From the NCBI RefSeq assembly GCF_021869535.1, contig NW_026262582.1:53568001-53632000 (forward strand): a DNA stretch of 64,000 nucleotides, in the 5' to 3' direction. This DNA is from Mytilus californianus. Lineage: Eukaryota. The notes beneath the pieces were generated by a model. That model saw nothing but the letters and a program-made list of their open reading frames with translations. It was not told the origin of the DNA and searched no databases. Positions 1-11,662 of this stretch are shown here, piece by piece (the stretch's first letter is position 1; every line of letters starts with the position of its first letter). A program made the position numbers and the translations under genes.

Positions 1-132
1 CTGTTACTTTCTTCATCTGTGATTGTTTAGTCTTGATGAGAGTTATGTCCCCTTCCACATAACAGTCATACTGTACATTCATGCCTTCCATCACGTCCAT
101 GGCAGTCGGCAGATGTTTGATGAAGAATGGTG
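1..132 (-). CDS. Exon (cut by window edge): start of a further, possibly degenerate Ig
   Basis: TTTACAG acceptor; APFFIKHLPTAMDVMEGMNVQYDCYVEG... Confidence 0.7.
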
Positions 133-1241
133 CTGTAAAGTAAATATTTCATTCAGATCATGTTCATGGAATGCATGAATCTCTAAATATATCATTCAAC
201 ATCCAAACAGAAAAAATATGGGTTTCTGATTTAAAAAAAGTTTATAAAACTTGATAGAAATCTTAAATGGTTTTGTCTAGTGACAATCACAGATAACAAA
301 AAGGAAAAGCAACATGTATGGTAAATTTTGAAACAGTGAACAAGTTGATAAAGTGACTAAGAGTTGTTCCAATATTGTTTAACAATCATCCAAATGTACA
401 GGACACAGAGCAACAAAAAAGGTGAAAAAATATGAATATCAAACAACTAATCTTATTTCTATTTTCAAAATATTTTAAGTCAATATTAATATACTATTTG
501 TTCAGACAACTAACTGATTTATATGTAACTATTTACTACAGTATCTGTATAATTTTTAAAATCCTACCTAAGGAAGCTTAGTACAAAATGTATTTCAATA
601 TTTAAAAAAAAACTTTTAAGTAAAAAAAAAAAAACTATCTGTACTGCTGTCACTACTGTGCATAGTTTACCCTGTGTGCAGTGTTTCTACAGTTACTGAC
701 TGTCATATGTTTACATACTATATACTTGTCAGCAATGGTTTATTTTCTTTGACTAATACATATTATCTATTGTTCACAGTTTTTCTACTCTATTATTTTT
801 TCAATTTTACAATAAACTGAAAGTATTTCAACTTTTTGAATAGCACATTGTTTTGTGACACTGCTGACAAATATGTGAAGTTTTGTTCTACATTGATAAG
901 TGATAATTTTTAAACTATTGCTACTAAATTTATAGTTAATCTATTAAAACATGCAGAGAAAAGATATGTACCAAATCCTTTATTTTCATGGTATTCTCCT
1001 GAAAATGAATTGAAGGACTTATAAAAACACACAAAATAATTTTAAAATCTTACAAAAAAGGTACTTTAATATAAATATAATGGATATGAATTTGTTAAAT
1101 AATGTTATATTTCAGAATAAATATTAATATAAATAAAAATGGAAACAATGGTGTAAGGGAGATAACACACAATTTTTTAAACAATTTAATTTTGTAAATG
1201 GCACACAAAATTAACACAAGAGAAAAATTGCCAGAACTCAC

Positions 1242-1279
1242 CTGCAGCTTTCAAAGCTTCATCTGTAGGTACTTCTTCT
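1242..1279 (-). CDS. Small linker exon (EEVPTDEALKAA)
   Basis: 38 nt, phase 2-1, bridges the flanking exons; GTGAGT donor. Confidence 0.78.
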
Positions 1280-1587
1280 CTGTAAGAACAAATACAAAAC
1301 TCATGTATAATATTATCTTATTTCTTCACAAGTTATTGTATAGTGGTACAAAAACTGTAATATCAAAATTCCCTTCTCCTCTCCCAAAAAATAAAAAAAA
1401 TAAAAATAAATTAATCACTGGTTCCATAATGTAAATGCTTGTACCTTATGTTTTTAGTTCAGTTAAAATGATTTTGTAAACAAGTATATAGGAACTTGTC
1501 CTGTATTAAGATTTTCCTGATTTTAAATGCATCGTTTTTCAATTTCCCCCCTACAGCACAAATTAGAAACAGACACATTAAGTTTAC

Positions 1588-1783
1588 CTGTATTTAGATT
1601 TTCTGTTGATCTTTACTATACATTTAGCCTCAGTAACCCCGAGGGCATTAGAGGCTCTAGCTGTGTACTCTCCAGCATCAGACATCATCACCTCCTGTAG
1701 TTCTATAGTATAGGTTCCATGGAAAGAAGTAGATTTGTGTCGATAGTCATATTTCAGATCTCTTACTCCTTTATGCCAGGTTA
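1588..1783 (-). CDS. Exon: end of post-kinase Ig 6
   Basis: 196 nt, phase 1-2; TWHKGVRDLK...DAGEYTARASN. Confidence 0.88.
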
Positions 1784-2146
1784 CTGAAATAGATTAAAAT
1801 GAAGATAAAAATGAAGTCTGTTTTGTAACATAATCATCAATGAAACAATCATTCTTAACTGTTTTTAATTTGACAAATTTTACTATTTTCAAAAATACTT
1901 TAGAATGACACAGTCTTACTGACAGTAAATACGATATAATATTCTAGAGGTTTAACATGATATTGAAATAAGACGCAATGACAGAAAAATAAAAAAGTTG
2001 TAGTTCTGAAAATATCTCTGACAACTAACAAAATGGATAGATGAAATTATTTCTTTCCAGTGCACTGAGTTCTTCTTATACTTAATTGTTTCAATGAAAC
2101 TTGCTACAGAGCAAGTCCAGTTTTAACAATCTATATTACTACTTAC

Positions 2147-2371
2147 AGAATGGTTTAGGATAGCCCTCTACAGAGCAGTCCAGATGTAACCTGTCACCTT
2201 CATCTAATTCAATGACCTTGGGAAGGGCCAAGGTGAAATGTGGTGGGCGTCCACCCGGAATATCCACAGGTTTTTTCCTGTCATATGTACGCTCAAGTCT
2301 TGTTGCCATAGAGAATTCTTCCTCCTCAGAATAGCTTGGTGTTGATGGTGGTGACTTGGAACTGGATCGGG
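2147..2371 (-). CDS. Exon: Ser/Pro-rich linker and start of post-kinase Ig 6
   Basis: 225 nt; RSSSKSPPSTPSYSEEEEF...PPHFTLALP...CSVEGYPKPF. Confidence 0.88.
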
Positions 2372-2611
2372 CTGAAATAATTATACGGTTTTAATTTGGT
2401 ACTGGCCTTTTAATATAAATAATTTCAATTTTGTCAATCTAACAATGTTATACTCTTAATAGATATTAAGGTTAAAAAAGCAAATTAAGATTTCACCTGT
2501 ATCATTTCTAATAGTAAAATCTATTGTAAACAAAATCAATAAGATTTTGAATAGTGACACAAAAAACTCTTACAACATGAAAGCTTATACATGAATATGA
2601 ATGTTACTGAC

Positions 2612-2787
2612 CTTTGACCTTGAGACTAGCAGAACACCTAGTATGTCCATATGAGTTCTGAGCTACAATGCCATATAGTCCTGAGTCACTGACTCGTGAA
2701 CTTCTGATGACCAACTCAGCAACACCATCACGGTCTGAGCCAATGTAAATACGTCGAGAGTCAGTTATGTTTGTACCATCTCTCTGC
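2612..2787 (-). CDS. Exon: end of post-kinase Ig 5
   Basis: 176 nt, phase 2-1; QRDGTNITDSRRIY...DSGLYGIVAQN. Confidence 0.88.
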
Positions 2788-3327
2788 CTGTAAAGTAATA
2801 GATAATAGTCTGTTAGAGAAGCAAATCATTTACGAGAATTGAAAAACATATATTTGGCAATATAGCACATTTGCCTCCATATTTTGTCATTGGGGACTAT
2901 AGTCCAGACCTCGTCATAAAGGCTATCATCACCACTATCAGAATTTCATTGCAATTGAGGTAAAAAACATTGAAATGAAACACATAAAAATCAAGTTATA
3001 TATCTAAAACATTTAACTTGTTCATCTGCCTGCTTAAATGTAAAGCTTTCCCGCTATACAAAATGGAGTGCAATATGAGTGTTTAGCCAATCAGAAAGAT
3101 TGAGGCAATGATATACAAATATGTTACTGTCTTTAAGGGCACATAGTTATGTCACTGAATAAACATCAGCCACTATGCTGGAGAGTCTGACAAATAGGAC
3201 AAATAGGTAAACCAATTGGCAGATTTAGAACAAGCAAAACAGACCAACTTGTTAAACTTTTATAAATCATTTGTTACATATCCATTCTAGTAAACTTCAG
3301 CCAAACTTTCTATTAGGTAAAACTTAC

Positions 3328-3469
3328 CATTTAAATGTTGGGCTTGGTTGGCCTGTTGCTTTACAACTAAATGTCACTTCCTCTCCAGCCATAACAATAA
3401 TGTCATGTAATGGTTCAATAAACTGGGGTCTTTTACTGACTGGTTCTCTTACTGGTTCCTTTTCAGCAG
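3328..3469 (-). CDS. Exon: start of post-kinase Ig 5
   Basis: 142 nt, phase 1-2; AEKEPVREPVSKRPQFIEPLHD...GQPSPTFKW. Confidence 0.88.
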
Positions 3470-3741
3470 CTGAAAGACAAACTTTTTCTGTTCACAAAAT
3501 TGAGCATTTATTTGTTTACAAAATCAATTTAAAAAACCAAATTGTATTGTGATTCATTGTTTTACCCTATCCTCTTCCATAAAATAGTAAAATAATAAAA
3601 TATTTTATTTTAATAAGTAGATAAAAATGATGCTCTTATATAAAGCATTTCTTTGTATACATCTTTTAATAGTTTTATTTAAAAAATCACTGAAAATTAA
3701 TCTGGCAAAAGATGTTGTTAATTTTGCTTTTAACTACTCAC

Positions 3742-3865
3742 CAACTACTTCAAGAGAAGCAGTGCAGGTTGCCTCCCCTTCACTGTTTACGGCTTTACAC
3801 GTGAATTGTCCCATATCTCTCTCAGTAACATCCATGATCTCTAGTGATAACAGACCATATTTGTT
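3742..3865 (-). CDS. Exon: end of post-kinase Ig 4
   Basis: 124 nt, phase 0-1; NKYGLLSLEIMDVTERDMGQFTCKAVN. Confidence 0.88.
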
Positions 3866-4114
3866 CTGTAAATAAATGGAAAACAATTCATTTAAAAACA
3901 ATAAAGTTTATCCTCAAGAGATTAACAATTGAATAAGTCTTATTCTTACTAACTATTCTTTATCATTTAAAAAATGCAAGGATAACAAATGTTGTTTCTT
4001 AGCTGTAAAAATAATAATAAATGTAATTTAAGGAAAAAATGGATTATGGCAAATATAAATGGTTCTAATATCATTACAAATACTTCCATAACATATGATT
4101 TGTGCATAACCTAC

Positions 4115-4383
4115 CCTGACGAGATATCGAGACTCCTTGGTGACATCACGATCGTCTCTGTACCATGTGACTTTAGGATTAGGTATTCCTGTAACTGTAC
4201 AGGTGAATGTCACACTATTTCCTACAGAGACTGTCTTGTCCTTCAGTTTGGCTGTGAAGTTTGGTGGTGTTTCTATTTTGAACCTTCTCATTGGTGTTTC
4301 TGTGGTTTCTGCTGTGACAGGTTTGATTGGCTGGAAGGTTGATGGTGATTGGAAGGAATCTAGTTCATCTTCCTTTGGTGCTT
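4115..4383 (-). CDS. Exon: linker and start of post-kinase Ig 4
   Basis: 269 nt, phase 1-0; APKEDELDSFQSPSTFQPIKP...ETPPNFTAKL...VTWYRDD. Confidence 0.88.
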
Positions 4384-4842
4384 CTGGAATAAGAAAATTT
4401 ATGTTAAATGTAAAACTATGTAATGTGTCACTACAATAAGATTATAATTTATTTTATGAATTTAAATCAATGTATAAAGCCGTTAAAATTATTGATATTG
4501 GTTTCAATTCATCATACTGACATGAAACAAAAAATCGTTATAATATGTATGACTTGGACAGCATCTCCTGAGCGAAACCACATGTAAACTGAAACCAGAT
4601 TGTTTGAACCAAGGGAGAATAACTTCAGTACATGTCATTATCAATTAGGTACAATGAGAGTTGCCAGCAATTGTACACCATAGATAACATAAACATATAC
4701 TGTAAGTTTTTCTTAGAAAAAAAGCCAGTGAAAACTGTGCCTAATACATAAATCTATTTATTGGTCCTAGGTTAAATCAAAATAAAATACTATATCATTA
4801 CAGAAGTAAACTCATTCTAAAAAGTTACAATAAAAGTCTTAC

Positions 4843-5142
4843 TCTGTACACGGAGAATGGCCTCCGTTGTAGTAGCTCCTACAACATTGACAGCTCTGCA
4901 CATGTATCTGCCTGTGTCTTGGTGGTACGTATCACTGATAGTCAGTACGTGGAGATCACCTTCAGTTGAGACTGTGAAATGACGTCCAGAGAACAGAAGT
5001 CGTCTTTCTTTGTACCACTCTATTTCTGGTTCTGGGAATCCCTTGACCTTGATCTCTAGTCTTACAGAGCTGCCCTCTACAATTGTAGTATCCTCTAATC
5101 CTTTGGTGAATTTAGGTGGAACAGCTCCCTCTGGGATGGTTT
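4843..5142 (-). CDS. Exon: post-kinase Ig 3
   Basis: 300 nt; TIPEGAVPPKFTKGL...DTGRYMCRAVN. Confidence 0.9.
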
Positions 5143-5372
5143 CTGAAATAATCAAGTTATAAATACAGTTCTGTATGTAATAAAAAAGACAAAAAATTTC
5201 AGCTCATCAGATTTTACCTTAATTAAATAATCTTGTTTATTTTAAATCTGACCAGTAAAAATTGAACAAAAAAAAAAAAACCCAATTTACTTGCTAATTT
5301 TAGTGCAGTGACTTGTTGTCTTGATTAAAGAAATAATTTGTTTATTTGTTTGTTTATAGATGTCAATCTTAC

Positions 5373-5576
5373 CTATGACTTTAACATCACAAGCACACAT
5401 TGAGCTTCCATACTGATTGACTGCCTCACATTGCCATTGTCCTGCATCTTCAGGAGCAATTTCATGTATAATCAGACGATATACACCCTTCATGTGCTCT
5501 AAGTCATATCTCTCGGATGATTTGATAACTTTACCATTGTGGTACCAGGTCACATCAGGTTCTGGACGACAGGTCA
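5373..5576 (-). CDS. Exon: remainder of post-kinase Ig 2
   Basis: 204 nt; TCRPEPDVTWYH...DAGQWQCEAVN. Confidence 0.9.
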
Positions 5577-5807
5577 CTGAAAAGTAATTATGATATCAAT
5601 AAAAAAAACAATCAAACTACATTGTGGATAATATAGGTACAAAAAATTAATAATGATCTACAACATGTGACATTATTTTTTGTAAAGTATTTAAAAAAAA
5701 AAAAAAACTATGTCCTGAAATTCAAGCTAAACTGATAAATTGCAATGAAATAACTATCTGGCTTATACAGAATTTTAATTTGTATTTCTATCAATATTTA
5801 CACTGAC

Positions 5808-5926
5808 CTGTAACAGTGAGTTCTAGAGCCTCTCCCACACGTTTGACTTGGTCAATCAGTGGCAGTGTGAATGATGGTGGTACACTATTGTCTAACAAAC
5901 TTGTATCATAGTCATGTCGGGGATAT
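5808..5926 (-). CDS. Exon: linker and start of post-kinase Ig 2
   Basis: 119 nt, phase 2-1; YPRHDYDTSLLDNSVPPSFTLPLIDQVKRVGEALELTVT. Confidence 0.85.
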
Positions 5927-6187
5927 CTATAACAATACATACATTCTTATAATATTATATAGTCTATAAATCAACCAATATCAACTAGTTGTTGTTTGTT
6001 TGTCTCAAATGATTATCAATTTCAAATTCTTGAGAATAGTAGAATTTCTGCAGAGTTTAACCAACAAATATAGTTCAATAAAAGATTTTCATTCACTAAT
6101 TTCAGGTTAGGCATATCTAAATGATCCTAAATAATAATAAAATTTGTGTCAAGAATTGAGATGGTAATTCCTTGATAATCAACTTAC

Positions 6188-6245
6188 TGCATCTTGGCAA
6201 TGGCTTCGTCTGCTGGTTTCTTCCTTCTTCTTCTGTGTTTCTTTT
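6188..6245 (-). CDS. Small linker exon, polybasic (KKHRRRRKKPADEAIAKMQ)
   Basis: 58 nt, phase 1-2; required to bridge the phases of the flanking exons; TAG acceptor, GTAAGT donor. Confidence 0.8.
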
Positions 6246-6566
6246 CTACAATAAGACAATATTAACATGTATATACTGATTATGATTCTTTCATGAAAGA
6301 AAGAGAGCCAAAGCCAAATTTCTAATCAAGGGTGGTACATCTGCAAAGATTTTTTTCATCTTGTATATACAAATGAATACATATTATGAAAAATATATGC
6401 TCTGATCACATTTTTCCTTCAAAGGGGAGTGCCATTGTGACCTACTAGTTACTGCCCTGAAATATATACTATATTTTTGACATTCAATTTTTAAAAATAT
6501 TTGTATGAATTTTCTGCTCACCCATTCAGAACCAAAACTACCAAAATATATCAAGCTTGAACATAC

Positions 6567-6857
6567 CATCAACACTGAGTTTTCCTGTTGTTGACACATC
6601 TCCAAATTCATTGACAGCCTTACAGCGGTATTTTCCAGCATCTTCTACTTCAAGATCATTTATCAATAATGAAGCATAATTGTCTTTGTACAACATGTGA
6701 TATTTCTTGTCCTCCAAAATCTCATCTCCGTTAAGGAACCATGTGATCTTTGGAGACGGTTTACCACTAATCTTACAGGTTAATTCTACACGTGATCCTT
6801 CGTATCCATCTGTATCTGTCAAAGGCTCCATAACAACAGGAGCATGGGGTGGCATTT
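6567..6857 (-). CDS. Exon: post-kinase Ig 1
   Basis: 291 nt; MPPHAPVVMEPL...DAGKYRCKAVN. Confidence 0.9.
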
Positions 6858-7340
6858 CTGAAAAACATAAGTACAATTTGTTTACACAAATAAGTTCATT
6901 TCTTGTATATTCTGTTTACATTGAAAACTGAATTTATTTATGAAAAGATAAAAATTAATTCTGCAGGCCAAAAAAAAGCTTCAAAACATATTTCTTTTAA
7001 AAGATGAGTAAACCTTCAAGATTTAGGAACTACAACTTGCATGCTGGCATCATTTACATTTGTACTGATGGAAACAACAACAACGCACAAATGTTGAGAA
7101 GAAAAATTGTGTTTTAAATGATAAAGTAAAGATTTTGTCATCAACGTGTAAAAATACATACAATTTGGTAAAGTTATTTTTTGCTTTTGTTTGTGTGTTG
7201 TTGGTACAGAAATTTTGATCGACAACAACAAAACATTCCTGGGAATCTGTCGAGCAAATTTAGGCAAGAATAATATCTATTATCAATATTTGACTAACAG
7301 TTTTAGGCTGTGAATTTGAAATTTTGGCCATATAACTTAC

Positions 7341-7524
7341 CCATCACCAGGTTCCTGGCAAATACACCGTCATCTCCTTCTTTCCTGAAGATGGCGCTAT
7401 TTCTGGACAGTTTACCGATGGGTAGAAGGTCAAGGTCATCTTCCTTGTGTCTATGTTTGTCATGGTAGTCTTTGTGATGGAGTGTTGACAATTTCTTGCC
7501 TGTGAGTTTCTTCTCAGCAGCACC
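7341..7524 (-). CDS. Exon: kinase C-terminal regulatory tail
   Basis: 184 nt, phase 0-1; GAAEKKLTGKKLSTLHHKDY...DLLPIGKLSRNSAIFRKEGDDGVFARNLVM. Confidence 0.85.
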
Positions 7525-8512
7525 CTGAATAATTATTTTATAAGAATTGTCAAGAAACAGCTAAAGTGAAATATAACTATACTGTCTTTGTCTGGTAACT
7601 AATGTTTCCACAGAACATTACTTCAAATACCTTTTTCATGGTTTTAATTGCTACTCTAATTAAAATATAAATAAAGGAACAGGGGCATGAAGGCATGTTT
7701 TGGTCTCCAAAGTTTTCACATTGTTTTTTGTATGTTCCACCAATAAAGTAAACAGTAAAATATCTATAACTGAACGGAAACCATACAACAAAAAATAGCA
7801 TACTTTATTGTGTAATGACATACATATGATTATAATCTAGGATTCAGTAAAGAAAATAAAAAATTTTAGTTTGTGCATTGTTTTCATGATATTTGTATTC
7901 AGAATGCATAACCCATAGTCATGAGTCAACAAATACTTTAAACAAAAAAAAAAGATAATGTCTCACATCTAGTGTAAAATAGATTCATGCACTCAGGATT
8001 GGGGGTGGGATTTAAAACTTTATAATTTTCTTTCTAGTTCATTGAATTTTGGGTTCAAAAAGGCTTGTAACAACTATTGTAAAAAATCCAAAATTTTTAA
8101 CCAAAATAATTCATATAATTCATACTTTAACCAAATATTTTTTGTGTTTCATGTTATGTGATCTTACTTTGCATGACGATGTATAACAAAATGTATTTTT
8201 CTATCTTTTGTAAACATGCACTTTTACAACATGAACAGGCCATCTGAAAATAAGTACTCAATTTTACTGTTGCTCAAATAACCAAAAATTTTACTCCCTA
8301 CAAAATATTCTCAAAAACAAGAAACATTTAATAGTATTGAGAAACTGATGTGTTTTATTTAAAAATTATTGTTTAAAAATATTTGTATCGATATAAAAAG
8401 AGAGAAAAAAATGTTTTTTAAAAACTAAGTTTAAAGGGAGATAACCCTAAATACTTTTTCAAATTGGTTGTTTGAACAGTTTATTAAATGCGCAATAAGA
8501 GCATATACTCAC

Positions 8513-8551
8513 ATGCTTCAGAGTCTTGGCATCAACTTTAGGTTCTCTTGG
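8513..8551 (-). CDS. 39-nt symmetric micro-exon after the kinase core (PREPKVDAKTLKH)
   Basis: CTTTTTTAG acceptor, GTGAGT donor, phase 0-0, no stop. Confidence 0.7.
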
Positions 8552-9063
8552 CTAAAAAAGCAGCAGGATATTAATGCTAGCGTTTAATCTACTTTATAAT
8601 TTACTGCTTTAATGGTAAATGTATTAATGTCTATGACTATTTCTATGTATGTGTAAATAAATTATGATTAAAGCATATGCAGCAAATGTGTGTATGTTTT
8701 TTTTTCAAATTGATACAAACATGTTTCATTTATCTATTGCATTTAAAATAAAACAGTGAAAATTTAAGCTTTTCTAAAATTAAACGATTATAACTTTAAT
8801 AGAATACTAAATTACAAGTAAATGGAGATTAGTAAAAATATAAGTATAAAAAAAAAGTTTTGAAAATAAAACCAAAACAAATAAAAAAATAATAGTAACA
8901 AATATAACAGATTTAAGAAAAATAAAAAAATAAAGGTGAAATAATTAAAAAATTGTAAGAGAATAAAAAAAAGAAAAGTAAGAAAAAGAATGTACAATTA
9001 TAACTAAATGAATGAGATAATTGGCAATGATAGGATGGAAACTAAGACAAAGCAAAAGCACAC

Positions 9064-9078
9064 CAAAAGTTGAGATTC
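9064..9078 (-). CDS. Candidate 15-nt micro-exon (ESQLL)
   Basis: TTTGTTTCCTGTTCAG|GAATCTCAACTTTTG|GTGTGC; phase 0-0; strong acceptor, weak donor. Confidence 0.3.
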
Positions 9079-9349
9079 CTGAACAGGAAACAAATGTACA
9101 GATAAATTATATATATATCCATCAATTCCCTGAATATTGTTTGAAATAATCTGTTAAAAAAAATACTGATTTGAATCTAACATTCATACCACTATTTATA
9201 TAGCAGCTTTGAATGTTAGCGCTATAATAATTCAGAATATATATTTTCTAAAATTGTTAAGAATCAGGAACCTCACTAATTACATGGATGGGAATTAATG
9301 ACAACAACTAAACAGAAATAAAAAGAAGAAAATGCACATAAGATCTTAC

Positions 9350-9548
9350 ATTGAGCCAAGGATGACCGAGAGCATCATCAATTGTCAATCTATCGCTCTT
9401 GTCTTTTAACATCAGTTTCTGGATAAAATCTTTGGCATCATCAGAAATGTCATTCCACACCTCATCTTCAAAGTCAAAATCACCAAGTGTGATGTTAGCA
9501 AATGTGTCTAAATCATTCTCTCCAGCAAAAGGAGAATATCCACTTAGA
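9350..9548 (-). CDS. Kinase exon 5 (end of the C-lobe)
   Basis: 199 nt; LSGYSPFAGENDLDTFANI...DDAKDFIQKLM...DRLTIDDALGHPWLN. Confidence 0.92.
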
Positions 9549-10099
9549 CTGTAACATAAAAAGAAATTGGTTACAGTTTGTTTAAAAAAATCCTTAACAG
9601 AAGCACAGTGATATGAAAGATAAGAAGCAAGGTATATGCAAAATGTTTTGACTATGGACCCTTTAATATGATTACTGTCTTTTATCTATTCAATAACAAC
9701 TATCCTAAATATTTGTAATTCAAGGTTTTCAAGTTATCTTTCGTATCCCTTTACTTATCATGACTGACTGCTTCAATTTTCATTATATATTCCATTTCCA
9801 CATATAAACACAAGGAGAAGAGAAAATAACCAACCAAAGAACAGTACAAAAGAAAGTGTACATCTGAGGATCTCCATATATATACCAGTAATGTACAGTC
9901 TGCCTTCAGTCCAATTCAACGTTTTACTTTTAAACTCTTTTTCCCAAAGTTATGTAACAACAGAGGCTAATTTCATCAGTAATAAATGACAAATTTACAT
10001 GACATATGACATAACATCAAGAACCCACATGTCAGTATGACATACTTAAATGACATGACATAACACAAACTGTCCCACATGCCAGTGTAACAAACTTAC

Positions 10100-10299
10100 A
10101 TTACATATGACATAACACCAAGTGCCCACATGTCAGTAGAGAAAGATACTGGTTCAAAGCTGATGATTTCTGGAGCACAGAATTCTGCTGTTCCAAAAAG
10201 AACTTTGACGGTTTTTCCCTCCTCTAATTTCTGGGCTAATCCAAAGTCAATAATCTTTAGATCATTACTATCCTTGGTAACAAACATCACATTTTCGGG
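10100..10299 (-). CDS. Kinase exon 4 (DFG..APE)
   Basis: 200 nt; PENVMF...IIDFGLAQKL...FGTAEFCAPE...DMWALGVMSYV. Confidence 0.92.
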
Positions 10300-10520
10300 C
10301 TGTAAAATTAAATTTGGAAAATCAGAATACTCCATCTTAATAATAAGACAAGATATATAAAAACATTTTTAGATTTTAAGCTTTTACTTGCTTGTTAATT
10401 AAAATGCATGGACTTGCTATATATGCCCAATTAATTGAAATATGTGCATCAAATTTTACTAATCAATAAGACTTTTTTTATAAATTTTGATAAACATTGT
10501 AGAAATGATACAACATTTAC

Positions 10521-10662
10521 CTTGAGGTCAAGATGTAGGATGTTCTGTCTGTGCATGTGTCTGACACCTTCACAGATCTGTTTCATGTAGGTGATACAAT
10601 CCTTTTCTGTGAAATCAAAGTCTTCCTGGACTAGTCGGTCAAACAATTCGCCACCACTCAAC
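10521..10662 (-). CDS. Kinase exon 3
   Basis: 142 nt; LSGGELFDRL...HMHRQNILHLDLK. Confidence 0.92.
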
Positions 10663-10723
10663 CTGAAAAGTATAAAAAAGCATTATTATTTCCTATTGTT
10701 GAAATTATCATGTTAAATTGGAA

Positions 10724-10862
10724 TAAAATTGAGAATGGAAATGGGGAATGTGTCAAAGAGACAACGACCCGACCATAGCGCAAACAGCAGCCAAAGGCCA
10801 CCAATGGGTCTTCAATGCAGCGAGAAACTCCCGCACCCGGAGGCGTCCTTCAGCTGGCCCCT
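10724..10862. mobile_element. SINE-like interspersed repeat fragment
   Basis: TAAAATTGAGAATGGAAATGGGGAATGTGTCAAAGAGACAAC; reverse-complement copy at 35273-35357 (the ORF track shows shared MRMEMGN.SKRQ.PD peptides). Confidence 0.8.
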
Positions 10863-11152
10863 ACTTTTGCTCTCCTCATATCTGTGGGCCAAACCAAAGT
10901 CAATGATCACATTGTTCTTAGTACAAAATGATCTTACATTTACATTAAAAATACTGTGTTGGTGGAGTGGTCTTTTGTACTGTTTAATATTTTTGGGTAA
11001 TTCCTGTTATTATTAAATGTTTTATTCTACAGAAATATTAGCAAATCAATATTTGTATTTTACCACATCTTTTGTTTCTATTTCCTTTATAAACTTACAA
11101 TTCTAAGATGGTGACCATTTCTCTTGCCTCGTTAAAGGCTTTATAAACTTAC

Positions 11153-11353
11153 AATTCTAAGATGGTGACCATTTCTCCGGTCTGGTCAAAGGCTTCATGT
11201 AACTGTAAGAGTTTGGCATGATGCAGGTCATTCATGATGTCTATTTCATGTCTCACAATCTCCTTTTCATGTGGTTTACAGCGAATAAATTTGGCAGCCC
11301 AGTTCTTATTGGTTGCTCTCTCAATGGCACGATGTACAACACCAAAAGCTCCA
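11153..11353 (-). CDS. Kinase exon 2 (subdomains I-V)
   Basis: 201 nt; GAFGVVHRAIERATNKNWAAKFIRCKPHEKEIVRHEIDIM...EMVTILEL. Confidence 0.9.
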
Positions 11354-11571
11354 CTTAAAATACATAAAGCAAAAAATTAACATCGCTGAAAAGAAAGTTG
11401 TTCTTGAATGATAAGTAAGTCTTGTATTGTTTTTTAAAAGAGTTAAATATGCCAGGAAAATATATTGACAACTGAAATTAAAATAAAAAAATCTCTTTGC
11501 ACAATGAATAATGGGAGTATATATGTTATACAGAATAAAATCAATGCTATGAAACAAGTGTAAATTCTCAC

Positions 11572-11662
11572 CGTCCAATTTCTTCACAAATGATGTATTT
11601 TCCAAGGACGTCACCTTTAATGCGGTCTGGGTTCACATTATTTCCTCTGAAGCTGGCATCAT
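11572..11662 (-). CDS. Kinase exon 1 (linker and start of the Gly-rich loop)
   Basis: 91 nt; YDDASFRGNNVNPDRIKGDVLGKYIICEEIGR. Confidence 0.88.

Noticed and set aside
2104-2120. Intronic echo CTACAGAGCAAGTCCAG of the nearby exon sequence (2168-2183)
   Set aside because: At only ~16 bp it is too short to call a third exon-end duplication.
8812-8997. 61-aa hydrophobic ORF on the minus strand
   Set aside because: It is a low-complexity T-rich intron tract that translates as F/L/I.
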